Part shown: piece after piece, positions 36,838-50,126 of the stretch
Numbering within the stretch: position 1 is the stretch's first letter
Layout: each line of letters starts with the position of its first letter
DNA from: Vicugna vicugna
Taxonomy: Eukaryota
Direction: 5' to 3'
DNA: 64,000 nt
NCBI GenBank assembly: GCA_013265495.1
Contig: MU058009.1
Coordinates: 312,001 to 376,000, forward strand
Position numbers and translations under genes: made by a program
The notes under the pieces: generated by a model
Told to the model about the DNA's origin: nothing
Database searches by the model: none
The model's input: only the letters and a program-made list of their open reading frames with translations

Positions 36838-37142
36838 CGGTCCTCCCTCGGTATCCATGGGGGATTGTTTCAGGAACCCCCGCGGATACCAAAAGTCCCA
36901 GATGCTCAAGTCCCTTATATAAAATGTCCTCACATGTGCATATAACCTACGTTCATCCTCTCGTGTACATCAAAGCATCTCTAGATTACTTATAATACCA
37001 ACTACGATGTAAATGCTGTGGAAACAGTTGCTGCTGCGTGACAGATTCAAGTCTGCTTTTTGGAACTGCCTGGAATCTTTTTCAAATGCGACCGATCCAC
37101 GGTTGGTTGAATCTAAGGATACAGACCTGTGAATACTGTCTG
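36838..37142 (+). mobile_element. TcMar-Tigger MITE (MER2-like)
   Basis: TA then cggtcctccctcggtatccatggggattg...gatgctcaagtcccttatataaaatg...ctctagattacttataatacc...ccacggttggttgaatc. Confidence 0.88.
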
Positions 37143-37759
37143 CAATTCACTGTGATCTGTCCCCTGCCAACCACCTCTTCAGCCCCGACTTCCATCTCTC
37201 TCCTCTCTCTGCTCCAGCCTCACAGGGTGACTTGCAGCTCCCTGTGAACCATGCTCTTGCATGACTGTGTCCCAGGGCTCATCCACCACATCCACTGTTG
37301 GCATCTAAGGCCAGTGTTTACCTAATCCTTCAAGCTTTAGCTCAGTGTCCCCTCCACCATGACTCGTATGTATTCTCCTGTGTGCCTCCCGCATTTCTGC
37401 AGTCTCCTTGAGGACACAGACGTGCATGGGGGATGAGTGGGTGGAGGGGGCAGGCTTGGCTGAACGTCACACACCTGATTGCTGGACGGACGGAGCCTGG
37501 CCCTCAGGTCTCGAGACTCCCAAGCTCTAATCTGCTCACCAGACCTGATGGCCCCCAAGAAGACCACTGGTAGGTCCCAAGCTGTCTGACGCCACCCGCT
37601 CCCAGTTAGGGGAGAACGAGAAATGCGCCAGATTGTCGTTGCTCCTAAGGGCCTCCATTTATTCACAAGCTGAAAGACAGAAGCCTGGCCCCCCCAGCAT
37701 ACGCCGGATCAAAAGCAGAGAACAAAGGGGATTGTGAAAGAAAGATGCTGGAAACAGTG

Positions 37760-38350
37760 TCTGCTTTGGCGCAAGCGGCTCTCTGAGGGAGCGGCGGAGG
37801 ACAGAGCCCCCAGCGGGAGAAGAGGGGGAAGTGGTTGCTAGAAGGTGAATAAAATCCCAAAGGGAGGCGCCCCGCCAGCGGCTCGGCGAGTATCCGGGGA
37901 GCACCAGGAGTGGGGACCTCGTTAATCTCACCTCCTCGCCGCCCCCTCGGGACCTCACCCGTCTGTCCGTTAGGAGACTGGAGGTTCCTGCAGGAACGGC
38001 AGTCAGAGCCAGAGATCTGGGATGGAGGATTGTGAGTGATGGCTAGAATGATACAGTAACTAACATGAAACTATTATCAACAATAACGTGATTTCCTCGC
38101 TTGTAATAATGCAGTAATTTGGGAAGTTACTCGATTGCGCCCAGGGTTGCAGAAGCACCCCAGTCCTGTCCACTCACTCCTCATGAGGCTGCCCTGAGAA
38201 AACGCAAGCCCAGAAAGGGAACCGGCGCTTTGCTGTTAGCGGCGCTTGGGCGCAGAGCTCCGGAGCGCTCAGGTCAGCCGGACGAGACCGTTTCCTGCTA
38301 CGTGAGTCAGGCCTAAACAGCGTCACGACAATGGCCAATCCAGTGTGTCA
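37760..38350. promoter_or_regulatory. CpG-rich, enhancer/promoter-like patch
   Basis: Dense CpGs in unique sequence; AP-1 TGAGTCA at 38303-38309; GGCCAATC at 38333-38340. Confidence 0.4.
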
Positions 38351-39804
38351 CCAGTCCCAGGGAGGCTGGAGCCAGGGACGACAGACAACAAAGAGCGAGC
38401 ATTTCTCTCCAACCCCTGCTCTGGGGTTGGCCCGGGAAGCTGGCCCAGAACCAGGACACTCTCTCCGGCTTGGCTGCCTGCCGTCCTGGAGAACACAGGA
38501 CAGAAGAGGAGACGATTTTAGGCAGGTGACTTTGTGATGCTGGGAGAGGCCCTCTAGGAGATTTTGCCGAGGAAGAGTCCCAGGGAGAGACCTGGGATCT
38601 GACCCCAGAGGGCTGTAGGCAGACAAGGCCGAGTGGGAGCCCGTCCCTCACCAGGAAGCCACGCAGACCAGAAGTTAGCGGGAGGCTGAACCACCCGGGG
38701 GAACCGTGCATAAGGGCTTCACTTGGGACCCCGAACAGCTCGCCTACCCACTGTATTCTCAGAGACTTTTGGTGAAGTCCAATGTCAAAGGAGGGGGACT
38801 GGCCCTCACTGTGAATACGGAAGAAAAGAACGCGGGGCTCTGAGGCGTCTTGAGACATTCGGAGCACTTCGCCTCCGAGACGAGCACAACCTTCCAATTC
38901 AGGTGGGTGATCCTAGCACCCTGGTTGAAAAGTCAGTTATGGGACTCTGCGGTCTCCTTTTTGGTTTGGTCTGCTGACATTTTCAGAAACTTGAAAGCAA
39001 GGTGGGAAAGTATTTTCAGAGATGGTGGGGACTCACGGTGCCAACGCCCATAGTGGGAGCTCAGCTGGCGTCTTGGGTGAGAAGGAGGAGGACCAGTGAC
39101 GGCCAAGGCACCCTGTCTGAACAGCCGTCTGGCCTTCACACCCAGGAAAGCGGCATCACTCGCTCAGGACACCTCCATCGTCCCCCCAGCCCTCCCCCTG
39201 TCCCCGGGAGGGACACAGCGTGAGGGGAAGACCAAACCGGCTGCATCTTCCGAAGAATCTGGACGCCTCTTTTCTCCCTCTGAGCTGTCACTTGCTGTAG
39301 AAATGATCATTGATATGCAGCCATTATACTTCCATAATCATTAATATTCTTAAAAGGCTCTTGGAAACACATTTATACAGGCTACATGATCCGTTCCTAC
39401 ATTTACTTTCAATTTAAATAACGGTTTTAGCCAGGGTTTTGATGTGCTGTTTACTTTAATTACTGTTCTGCCCCTATCTGTGTCTTGACACAGTGTCATT
39501 TAATATTTTATGAATTTCCTTTAGCCCGTTTTTCCCCTGATATGTATGATTCTAAGGGGCTGCTGATGCAATTTTTTTTAAACTTGCACTTTTAACTTTT
39601 CCGGGGCTCGCTGTAAACAAGATGTGGCATGTCTACGGATTCTCTTCCCCTGGTGATAATGGGAGGAAATAAATAAACCAGCAGACAGCTGCTTTGCCAA
39701 GCTGGCACGGGGACGCCAGGGCATTCTGGCCCTGCTGGGGGCTCTGAGTGACAGGCCAGCAACTTCAGACGAGGCGGGATGCAGCGCGGAAGAAATCAGA
39801 GTCT

Positions 39805-39934
39805 CCTTCTCAAAGTGTGGTCCAGCAGCCCGTGGGCCACCTGGGAGCCCCACCCCAGGACCACTGAGTCAGAATCTGCATCTTAACAAGATCCGCAGGT
39901 GATTTGTGTGCCCACTAAAGTTGGAGAGGCGTTG
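39805..39934. mobile_element. MER5A MITE, internally deleted
   Basis: cttctcaaagtgtggtcc...ccccaccccagga..actgagtcagaatctgcatcttaacaagatcc.caggtgatt...aaagttggaga. Confidence 0.8.
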
Positions 39935-40124
39935 CAGTAAAGGAAATCAACCAGTGGGTGGGAAGAAAAGAGGCTTTTCTCTGCTGCTCTCTCAAACTCC
40001 CAGGCTTTCATGGAAAAAAAGAAAAAAAAAAGCTCTACTTTCAGAATCTCTGGCAGATTCTTCTTGGGCCATTTCTAAAGGAGTTCAAATAGTGTGTTAT
40101 TTGGCCCAAGAGTTCACCCTCGAT

Positions 40125-40440
40125 GCTTCCATTCATCCATTTGTTCATTTAGGAAATCTTGACTTAGTACCACCATGTGCGAGGAATTGCAGAAAGTGAT
40201 AAATAAGGTATGGGACGACCTCTGCTAGAGCAGAGGTGTGTGCCAAGTGCTAAAGACACGCAGAGTGGAGACTCATGGAGAGGTCAGGGATGTTTTCCTT
40301 GCAGACGTGATTCTTGAACTGATTCTTGACGGATGAATAGAAGTTTGCAGGCAGACGAGAAGGGGTGGTTGGGAGGGTGATGTTCACTGAGGCCAAGGAA
40401 ATGATGACTAAAAGACACGGATGTAAACGTTCAGGTGGGA
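40125..40440 (-). mobile_element. L2 3' fragment
   Basis: ccattcatccatttgttcattta...ttgaactgattcttgacggatgaatagaagtttgcaggcaga. Confidence 0.65.
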
Positions 40441-41734
40441 ATGACAATGTCCTCTGGTCCAGCCCTGTTTCTGGCTCCAGTCAAGGGCAGGGATGACAGG
40501 CACTGTCTGGAGCGTCAGAGCATCTGCAGCGTGGACGGGGTGTCTCCTATCCTGGGGAAGAGAGGGGTTTCCTGTCGAGACCGTGGCTGGCAGCTGCTGG
40601 AGTGAGGAGCAAGCAATGGGACTCAGAGTTGGGGGGACGTGTCAACTCATTTCTACCAATTGTTCAGGGTGGTCTTTGATGATACCCTTGACCTCTCTAT
40701 AAATCTGTAAAATGGGTTCCTGTGAAGGCGAGGTGAGATCGAATATGTGAAAGAGACTGGCGCTTTGCAGGCGTGCCCAAACGTGACTGGATCTGAGTGC
40801 GATTCAGAGGCTGATGAGTAATAGCAGATGAAACCAACGTGGCCAGGTGAGCCCTGCTGGGACCCTGGAGCAGCGAGATCCCAACCAGGAAGAAGGAAAG
40901 GAGAGATTCCAGCGGCCCCATCTCCGGCCTCCCCCGCCACTCTTCGTTGGCACTTAACATAGAAACCAGGCCTGGAACCCGGCGACAGATCAATACGCCC
41001 GCTGAAGAGTGAAACCTCTTGTGGGGCAGGCTGGCCCAGCGATGTGAGCTCGGTGACGTGCGCCGGGGAATCGGCGCTTACTGGGGAGGGCGGCGTTGGA
41101 GGTTAACAGGCAGCTGTCAGGCCTCGGAAAACGGGAAATGAGAAAAGAGGAAACTGAAACCTGTAACTCCGGCTTAAGGGCAGATATTGCCTCCTTGTCT
41201 CTTTCTGTAGGAACTGAAGTAAATTGCTCTTTGGCCAGAACCAAGCCAAAGAGGAGACGTGAACTCATTGGGAATGAACAAGTCCAGCTAAAAATTCCTT
41301 TTCATCCCTTCTTTTCTCATATATGGCATTAGCCCTGGGTACCGGATGAAGGGATAATCTTAATTTAATGGCAAAAGCGAGAGGAATCGTTCCCCATACT
41401 GAAGGTACAAAATAAATACCCCGATGTTTCCAGGTCCTGACCGTGCAGGCACTGGCGCTCTGACAGGGACCTGGGTATGACCACAGTTGTCACTGCATCT
41501 GTTCGTTCTCAATGCTGCTTCTTCCTGACGTAGCCCGAGAATTTCCACGGAGGAGCCTAGCAGAGCGCCCAGCACGCAGTGACGTTTAATACGCACATCG
41601 GTGTCTTTCTTTGCGGAGGTATTGCAGCTGGCTGCCACCTGCGTGTGGATTTGCATGAACTGGGTCACAAGAGGGACTGTCTGGAGAAAGCAAATGATCT
41701 GGCTTGCTCTGAGTCTCAGTCATAGCAATCGCAG

Positions 41735-41900
41735 CACCACTTACTGGGCGGTGTACTATGTGCCATGGGCATGTTTCATATACATTTTCTAATTGAATCC
41801 ATCAATCAACCCTATGATCCATTTTGCAGATAAGCAAACTGAGGCTCAGAGAAGTGAAGTAATTGGACCAGTTATAAAAAGCTAAAATGCAAATGCCAGA
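41735..41900 (-). mobile_element. MIR
   Basis: cacttactgggcggtgtactatgtgcca...ccattttgcagataagcaaactgaggctcagagaagtgaagtaattg. Confidence 0.8.
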
Positions 41901-42034
41901 ACCCTGACCCTAACTAGGATTTGAACAGAAGTCCACTTCTAGTCAGCCCACCCCATCCAAGCTCTTTGTGTGTTCATATCATCTTCTGAACAGAGAACTT
42001 GAACGTTGGGAGGACCCTCAGCAATCATGTAGGC

Positions 42035-42245
42035 TAGTGGTTCTCAACTGGGGGCAGTTTTGTTCTCCAGAGGACATCTGACAATGTCTGAAGGCATTTG
42101 GGGCTGCCACTACTAGGTGGAGGGGTGGGGTACCGGCATCTAGCCGGGAGAGGCCAGGGATCCTGCTAAACATTCTTCAGATGGTCCCCGTGACAACAGA
42201 TCTTCCTGCCTGAAATGTCCATAGAGCTGAGGTTGAGAAACCCTG
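42035..42245 (+). mobile_element. MER20 MITE nested in a MIR
   Basis: tagtggttctcaactggggg...ggcatctagccgggagaggccagggatcctgctaaacat...gaggttgagaaaccctg; MIR sequence resumes after it (gattttacagatgag). Confidence 0.9.
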
Positions 42246-45200
42246 GTCCAGACCAGTGTCCTGATTTTACAGATGAGAATGTTGAGGTGGGGGTGGGGTT
42301 AAAGGTCAAGCTTTTTTCACAGGGAGAGAGGCCGGTGAGGCTCACCAAACTTGTCCCTGTGGTAGCCAGGAAAAAGAACTCAAAGGGTGTGCCCTTATTT
42401 AGATTCAGAAAATTAAAAAAAAAAAAGGTTAAAGTTTTCTCAAGAAGTAAGTTTCCCACTTTGCTCTGTTTGGCAATTTTCTGATGAGGATTCGGCGGAA
42501 CCTGGGTGAGAGTGTGCTGAGTAGGGATGTGCTTGCCAAGGGGAGAGTGAGTGTGTCCTCCTGACCGGGGGCCGGCTTTAGTGGTGGCTGTCAGCGCATT
42601 GGGCTGGGGCCCAAGGACACGAGAGGGAGGACACTTGGAGGACTGCTTCCGCTCCAGACGCCGAGGGGACAGTGCAGAGGCTGGGAGACGGCGGGCGGGC
42701 ATGAGCTGGCCTTCGCTCCCCCATCACCCATCCCGTGCCTTAGCAGCCAAGCAGCCCTCCAGGAGTGAGGCAGCATGTGGGGGCGGGAGAGAGCAAGGCC
42801 ACGTGTGGATCCTGGCAAAGGACTGGGCAAGGTCTCAGCATCACAAAGTCTCGGTTTCCTGACCAGAACAATGATGGCCACCATCCTGGTGGTGACGGGA
42901 TGAGAGCACTTACTCAGACACTTAGTGCAGTGATGGCACATAGGATATGTCAGTATGTGCTACCTGCTTCCCCATCTCGGCTTCCTCCAGTGAATGAGGG
43001 CATTTGGGGACATGGTGACCTAGAGGAGGCTTGTGTGTGCAGAAGGTTGGTCAAGTCTGGACATTTAAAATGCTCAAGTACACCTGGGCGTGCGAGTTAC
43101 AAAGTGTGCGAGGCCCACAGCTAGTCCCAGCAACAAAACCCGACCTATCTTTGATTCCAAGGTGAGAAGCCTCCAGCAGCCCCGCTGGCCGTCCTGACTC
43201 CCCCATGGACTTGGTCCTCCGCCTCCCCTCCCGCGGAGAGCTCACCCCCGTCCTCCTCACCCGTGGTCCCAGACACGGGCCACACGTGGAAGTGGGCTTC
43301 TTGGAGGCACAGGGTTCATACCTCCTGCTAATGGAGCCCTTTAGTAATCAGGCTGACTTTTCCTGTTTTTTTCTAGGAGCACAACATTGTGGTTCAATGT
43401 TTGCTCGGTGGTAATTAACAGCACTTAATCTGTAAACCTTGAGCTTGTTTCTCATTTATTAAGGAGTGAAGTCACCGGAGCCATCCCATTTTTGGCTCCC
43501 TCTGTCCTTGTCCCTTCCCAGAAATGTCTTTTCCTATTTCAGCCCAAGCAGGTCTTAGGAACAAAAGGCCAAAATAAAACATTAAAACACACACACACAC
43601 CAACCCAGAAAGAGGTTTGCGGCTGCATTAATGAGATAGTTATCTGGGAAACAGAAAAGGCTTATAAAAAAAGAAAAGAATGAACTCCGCCATCAGCCCC
43701 CCAGCCCACCAGGCCCGACCTGGTGTCAGACAAGAAATTCCTTAAAGGCAGAGCGACGTCTCTTGCTTCCTCCTTCTTCCCGACCATGTCTAGTAAACAG
43801 AGCACCTCAGTGGCCGAGCTTCCACTTCCTGAGGGCCCACTGTGTCCCAGGTGCTTAAGCACACATTTCCCTTAATCCTCTAACACCTCCGCAATCTTAA
43901 AGGCAGGTGTGTATTATCTCCATCGTACACACGAAGAAACCGTGTTTCTGAAAGACCAGGTAACCTGCTCAGAGCCGCACAGAACAGAAACCCAAATCCA
44001 GCCTCTTCCCACGGTCCCAATTACTGTCTCAAATGCAGATTCCACCTTATGTGAATGGCCTGCCTTCCGCAGACGCCTTGCCCACAGAGCGTTAGACGAC
44101 ACTAATGTGGGTATTAATTTGACCTTCTACTGGCCTGGTTACAGGCTTCTCCATAAATCACTTAATCTTCATCCGACTAACAGCCTCACGGGGTAGGCTG
44201 AGCAGGCATTACTGAATGGCTCGAACTTTACAGGTGAAGACGCGGAGGGGTGTGGGGAAGGTGGAGCAGCATTTGGTCTGTCGGTCAGGGGCCGGGTGTC
44301 AGGTAGCACTAGGAGCCCTGCCTGGGTCTTCCGCCCCCTGACGCGCTCTGCTCGAGGGCCTCTGGCCGGCTCAGCCGCATGGTCTGATCACACACAGAGT
44401 CCGTACTTCAGGCCCGGCTGAGGAGGAGGCGCAGACCACAGTCAGAGGTGTGGGGGGCTCGGGAGGCGAGGCGGCCTTCAGTGAACACTCCCACCGCGGC
44501 TTGGATGGCCGCAAAGGAGAAGAGCACCAGCCCCTGCCAATCGGGCGGCGCGGATCGGATTTTAAAACCCTCAGGGAGTTTGGGGCCAGCAAATGAAATG
44601 TGCTCCGTTTTGCCAGAGCCGAGAGGATTGGACAGGAAGGAGCACTTAGAATTTTGACACCACACTTTGATCAGTTTGACGGGCTTAATATTACAGAAAT
44701 ATTTCATTGTTTCAGCAGAGAGGAGGAAATCGAATCATCCATCCAGCTGAACTCTAGATTTGTCATGATTCACTCACTGGAGGGGTGGGGGCAGAGAGAG
44801 AGAGAGAGAGAAAGAAAAAGCTGATTTAAAATCCAGCTTAACCTGAGGTAATTTGGCCCATTAGTTCAAATGGTGTTTTTCACCCCCCCTTCCTTTTTTA
44901 TTTAAGTCATTGCTCTATTTTCAAGATATTATTTTTTTAAAGTGGCATCTAATTATGTTTTCTCTCCACATTCATTCTGAGCAGGTAATGAGAGCTACAG
45001 TGGGAAATTCTACTGTGATTAATGGAAGAAACTGCAGATGGGCTGAATTGAAGCAGCACTGTAAAATATGGCTTTTCAAACAGCATTGAAAGAAACGAAA
45101 CTGCTCTCTTGCTAAATTCAATGGAGACGGTATTTGTTCTACTTTTGGTGCCACAGTCGTCTGTGAGTTGCCTGGAGAAAAGTCCGTCTGGATATTCAGC

Positions 45201-46395
45201 GGTCGCAACATGCTCAGACTTGGGGCTGGGGGTGGGGTCCCACGGAAGCCCCTCCCTCAGAGATCTCTCCCCTGCCTGGAAGCACGCTGCTTAAATTTGC
45301 AACGCATCCCTATGGGTAAAGCACTGCTCTCCTCTAGCATCTTTTATCTTGGGAGGGAAGGCTAGTAAGACAATAGTCCCGTACCGAGAACCCCAGATGC
45401 TAGGGTCTGGTAGAGGGGCACTTAGACCTTTGATGGAGCAGAGAGGTGAGGGGTGTGGGGCACAGAAATGGACTGAAGGTCCAGTTTAGACAAATTCTTA
45501 ATTCTGCCTCGCTGGGCTCCGGCAGCTCCTTTTCTTGTAGGGGGCAGAGAAGGTAACCCTTGCTAGATTTGAGTTAAAACGAGGTCATGCTACTTGGTGC
45601 AAGCTGGACTCACTGAGCGGAAGAGGTAGATTGGTCCAGGAGAGTCCTCCACGGCATAACAAGTGACAAGGTTCTTGGAAATATCATTGGACAGCGCTGA
45701 CCGTGGGGCTGTGTGGGGACAGGGGCAGTGGCAGGGCAGGGAGAAGGTTTCAGCACACAAGCTCATTTCTGCGGGCACTGAATGCAAAAACCACCCCCGG
45801 GCATCAGGTAACATAGGCCAGCTCTCTGTTCTCACCAGCAGGAAAAGGCAACTCGGGTCAAAGACAAGGTGTCCTTCCCTATGCACAGGCCTCTTCTCTG
45901 CACCCCCACCCCCGCCTCCATCTCCACTCTCACCAGTGCTTTGGAGCACAGGTCCAAGTTCTAACGCAGAGCCTCATGATGCTACTCACCCATCACCTGC
46001 ATAGACATACGGGTGTTCATATGCATGTCATTTTCCTGATGCAGCTGCGTGTGCCCACCGGTGGGTCTCCTAGCCTCCGAAGGGCAAGCACAGCCACTCT
46101 TCAGGGCTCTGTAACGCAGCTGCATGCTGAACCCTAACCTCACATTCCCCATCAGAGTGTGTTGGGATGACAAGTGATGGTTTCTTGCATCCAACCCAAG
46201 TTCAGCAAGGGCATCAAGATTCTTCAGAGAAAATGCCTGAGAGCCCACAGTAGGGGCCGTATGATGAATGGGAAGTTGCAGCACATCCGAGAGAGTAGGA
46301 GGAAGGTAGGGAGATACGAGTTGAAAAGAGATATGTCAGCAACAAATCATGGCATCCTGTAGGTAGAGAGGAGAGATCCTTGCAGGCGATCTGGT

Positions 46396-46560
46396 CTAGT
46401 GGTTCTCATCCCTTGGCACATGCCAGAATTACTTAGGGGGCTCATGAAAAATTCAGATTCTGGGGCGTCACTCTTGGAGACTACAATTCAGTGGATCAGA
46501 GTGAGAAGTCCAGAATCTGCTTCGCAGGCGACTCTCATGCTGCTGACATGAGGGCCCCGC
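46396..46560. mobile_element. MER5-family MITE nested in a MIR
   Basis: tagtggttctca...agaattacttagggggct...cagattctgggg...attcagtggatc...agaatctgc; MIR-like flanks. Confidence 0.6.
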
Positions 46561-47249
46561 AGAGTTCTTGTGTGGGTCCCAAATGAAGAGATGGAAAGCT
46601 AGGAAAGTTAAGTGACTCATCCAGCGCCATAAGGCTAGTCAAGAGGGGGAGAATTAGAGTCCCATTCGCTCGCTCCTTCCATTCCTCCTAACTGCCCTCG
46701 ATTAGCATTTCCCTCCCAGAGAACTTCCATCGGTCTGAGGATATCAGGGGGTTGAATGGAGGACACTTGGGCTAAGAAGGGAGAACTATTTAGAACACAT
46801 GTGAAACTCTATTTACACCAAGCTTTCAAATGAACTTCCCATTTTCCAGCTTCGGCTTCCAGAATGCAACCTTAATCTAGCTCATTTGCATAAGCTTTAA
46901 AATAAGCCTTTAGAACAAATGTAAATGGATCTTCAAAGAACAATATTATGATGGGTTCAGTGTAAATGACTCAGAAACATATGGACGGCATTTCTTGAGG
47001 ATTTCCCAGAGAGTCGTGCTGTCTGTCTGTATGCAATGGAGTTTCATTATCAAGGCAAGATGGGGCGGTTGGGAGGAGGGGTATTCAGAGAAGGATAATG
47101 TATCCTAACCTCTCGGTGCTTCTGATTTATTCTCCTGCCTCAGTGGGTTGGACAGATAACTCAGAATGGCCAACATGAAACAGAACAGTCTTTTCATCAG
47201 GCTAACCTTGGATCATAGGAGGTGCTCACACCTCAGGCCATGGAACACA

Positions 47250-47425
47250 GATCATAGATGTACGAACTGGAAGGAACCAGAGATTTTCCATCAAACTCCC
47301 CTCAAAATAGGGATGATGAAACTGAGGATCAGAGAGGGCAAGTGACTTGTCAAGATTACACAGCCAGTATGTGGCTGAATTGGGACATCAACCCAGGTAT
47401 GTCTAACTCCACAATCTTATTTTCT
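47250..47425 (-). mobile_element. MIR (MIR3/MIRc-like)
   Basis: gaactggaaggaaccagaga...gatgatgaaactgaggatcagagagggcaagtgacttgtcaagattacacagc. Confidence 0.75.
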
Positions 47426-48207
47426 TTCGACTATATCACCCTAGGTGCTAAGAAATCAGCAGACAGTGGTTTTTAGAACTAGACACGCCAAACACAGCTT
47501 CAGAGAGAGGTTACGCAGCCAGATCGTTACGGATCACCAGGTTGGCCAAGTCCCTGACAGACTGGTTGCCAGGCAACGTGGCTCCTCTCTGAAGAGGGAA
47601 GAAGGAGATTCCAAAGATGATGGATCTGCATGAAGCAAAACCCAACAGCAAGGCACTTCCAGGTCAAAGACTTGGTTTGTGGTCTTTTGGAGTTTCTAGG
47701 TCAGCTGCTCAGAGGCTGTCCCCTGCTCGGCTTGTCTCAGTAAGGACCTGCTCGGAGGGAAGAGTCAGGAAAACCAACGGAAGATCCCCTTAGACGGGAC
47801 AGGTGGAGATACAGGCTTGCTCGCTGCCCAGTGTTAGCATGTTACCTTCCAGCCAGGCAGACAGGCAGAGGGACTAGAAAAGCTCTGGCCAGAAGAAGTG
47901 TCTTGGAGGTGGGAGGGAGGCTGCAAAACCTCGGGCAAGTCAATTAACCACCGTGGGCTGCACAGAATCACCTGGACTTCTGTAAACACAGACGCTCAGA
48001 CCCCCCTTTCGCTGTTCTCATTCAGAAGGTTTGTCGCGGTGGCCAACGGTGGTCCCCATCACTCGTCACAGGTGTAGACTGCACGGCAGGAGAGGTTCTG
48101 GACTCTGTTAGGTACTGCGAACATAACTGTGAATGTGACTGTGTGCAAAGCACTCTACAAGGCCACTGAGGCACACGACTGTTTAAAGAACTCTCGCCTG
48201 ATGAATG

Positions 48208-48435
48208 GCAGTGTAGTATTTCATACATGGGATTTGGTCCAAACTGGCTTGAATCAAAGATTCAAAAGTGGTTTGAATCTTTACTTTGCCACTTACGGCT
48301 ATGTGACCTAATTGATGCAATTCACCTAACCTCTTTCATCTCATCTGTAACACAGAGGTATGGTTACGGTGCCCACTTCATTAGAAGGTTGTGATGAGTA
48401 AAAGAGAGATTCTGGCTGGGCTGCTCAGCACAGAC
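48208..48435 (+). mobile_element. MIR
   Basis: tttgaatctttactttgccacttacggctatgtgacc...cacctaacctct...tcatctgtaa. Confidence 0.65.
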
Positions 48436-50058
48436 CTGGAGAAAGCCGAGGCTAACTGACGGCAGGTACACACACGGATTCCTGGGGGCTCTCGGCGATG
48501 TGCGTGGTGTGTGTGTGGGTGTGTGAGGCACGGACAGGTGCACGTGTGCAGTGTGGATGTACCTCAGAACAAATTCAGTGATGGAGGAACTGCTACACTT
48601 CTGCTTGGCTTCATCAGGGACGGCCTCGGGGTGGGGGGGGTGACATGTGATCAGGGCTTTATTACTGGATAATAAAATAGGAATGGAGAGTGGTGGGGGC
48701 CCCAGAAGGCAGAAGTCATGCTTGGGGAAATGGTGAACAGGCCATTTGTGGGGATGAACCTGGCAAGCTGGCCTCTGTGGGGTGGGCGGGGGCGGGGAGC
48801 AGAAGTGCCAGGCTAAGGAGGCTGGACTCTCCTGAGCTAAGGGACATAAAAGGCATGTTTCTCTTTTGAAACATATAACCTGATTTCTTTGGGGGGGGAT
48901 GCATGCTCCTTTGAAAAATCTTTGTTGAATAAGTGACTAAGATGTTGAGCAGTGAGCAGCCTTTCTAGAAAGTTCATCTGGAGGAGCTGTGCAGACCAGA
49001 GAGGCCAGGGCTGTTGTGACATTCCAGGTGTGCGGGACAGACTGCTGGAACAGTGTGAGCCAGGAGGGATGGAGAGGAGGGCAAGTGATGGCTGTGGTGC
49101 CAGGCCTGGTGATGCTAGAGAGGGAGGTGTGGAAAGAAGAGGCAGAGACCTCAGTGTGTGTATCCAGAAGCAAGTTGGGGTCAACAAGGACACTAAATGG
49201 GGCCGAGGAAGAGGATTCAGAGCCTTTCCTGACCCTGGGACTAAGTCTAGGCTCTTCGTCCCATGTCCGATGGTGACGGCAATGGTGTCTGGTAGATACT
49301 CAGGACTCAGAGAACATTACTCTTACTACTGCTATTCATGACGCTCAGGACAATGTCAACAACACTGCAGATCTGCTTTCCCTGTGAGAGCACAGACTTC
49401 ACAAGCCAGGAACTGTGTCTTTGTGGCCCACCATGATCCCAACACCTAAAATTGCACCTGCCACATAGAAGACACTAAACAAAGGTTGAAGCAATAACAG
49501 AACTGATTCAGCAAGGAAAGCAATTGACCCTGTTCAAGACATGTTAGGTTTGAGATGATGGGAGCCATCCTGGTGGACATGTCCACTGAGTAGTTGAATA
49601 TTCTGGGCTAGAGGCCCAGCTTAAAGAGGGAGACCCTGACCACCAGTGGGCACCCTGCTATCCCAGGCAGTCACCCTGCCTCTGGCCATCCCCCTGAGAG
49701 GATCTCAGGGAACCTCCCCCAACATCACCCTCCCAGCTTCTGAGTCCTGTGTCCTGGTTCCTCACCAGAGACTCTTTGAATTTGAGCTGTCATGATATCG
49801 CTGTGATACAGAATAGCCTCTTTTGCCTAAAGGAAACTACTCTGAAATTGCCAGCTTCCAACTGAAGCTTTGAGGTGTGCCCTGTAGCAATTCAAAAGGA
49901 AAAAGACAGAGAGAAGCCCGAACAATTTCCTAACTCATTAAAAACAGCGTTTGGTTCACATTTCAACATCTGAAAAAAAGACAAAATGGAATTTTATAAT
50001 GGTGTCACATGAGCTGAGACCAGTGAAACAAGACCAAGATAAGAAAAAAAGAAAAGAA

Positions 50059-50060
<2 letters not shown>

Positions 50061-50126
<66 letters not shown>

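Larger units (their letters stand above)
35930..37360 (+). mobile_element. Degenerate L2 carrying nested MER20 and MER2-like insertions
   Basis: Pyrimidine-rich L2-like segments before 36487, between the two insertions, and after 37142 (ctctctgctccagcctcac, ccttcaagctttagctca). Confidence 0.55.

Noticed and set aside
43352..43416. Micro-exon (strong acceptor at 43376, gtaatt at 43411)
   Set aside because: 34 nt, not frame-preserving, weak donor, no supporting neighbouring exons
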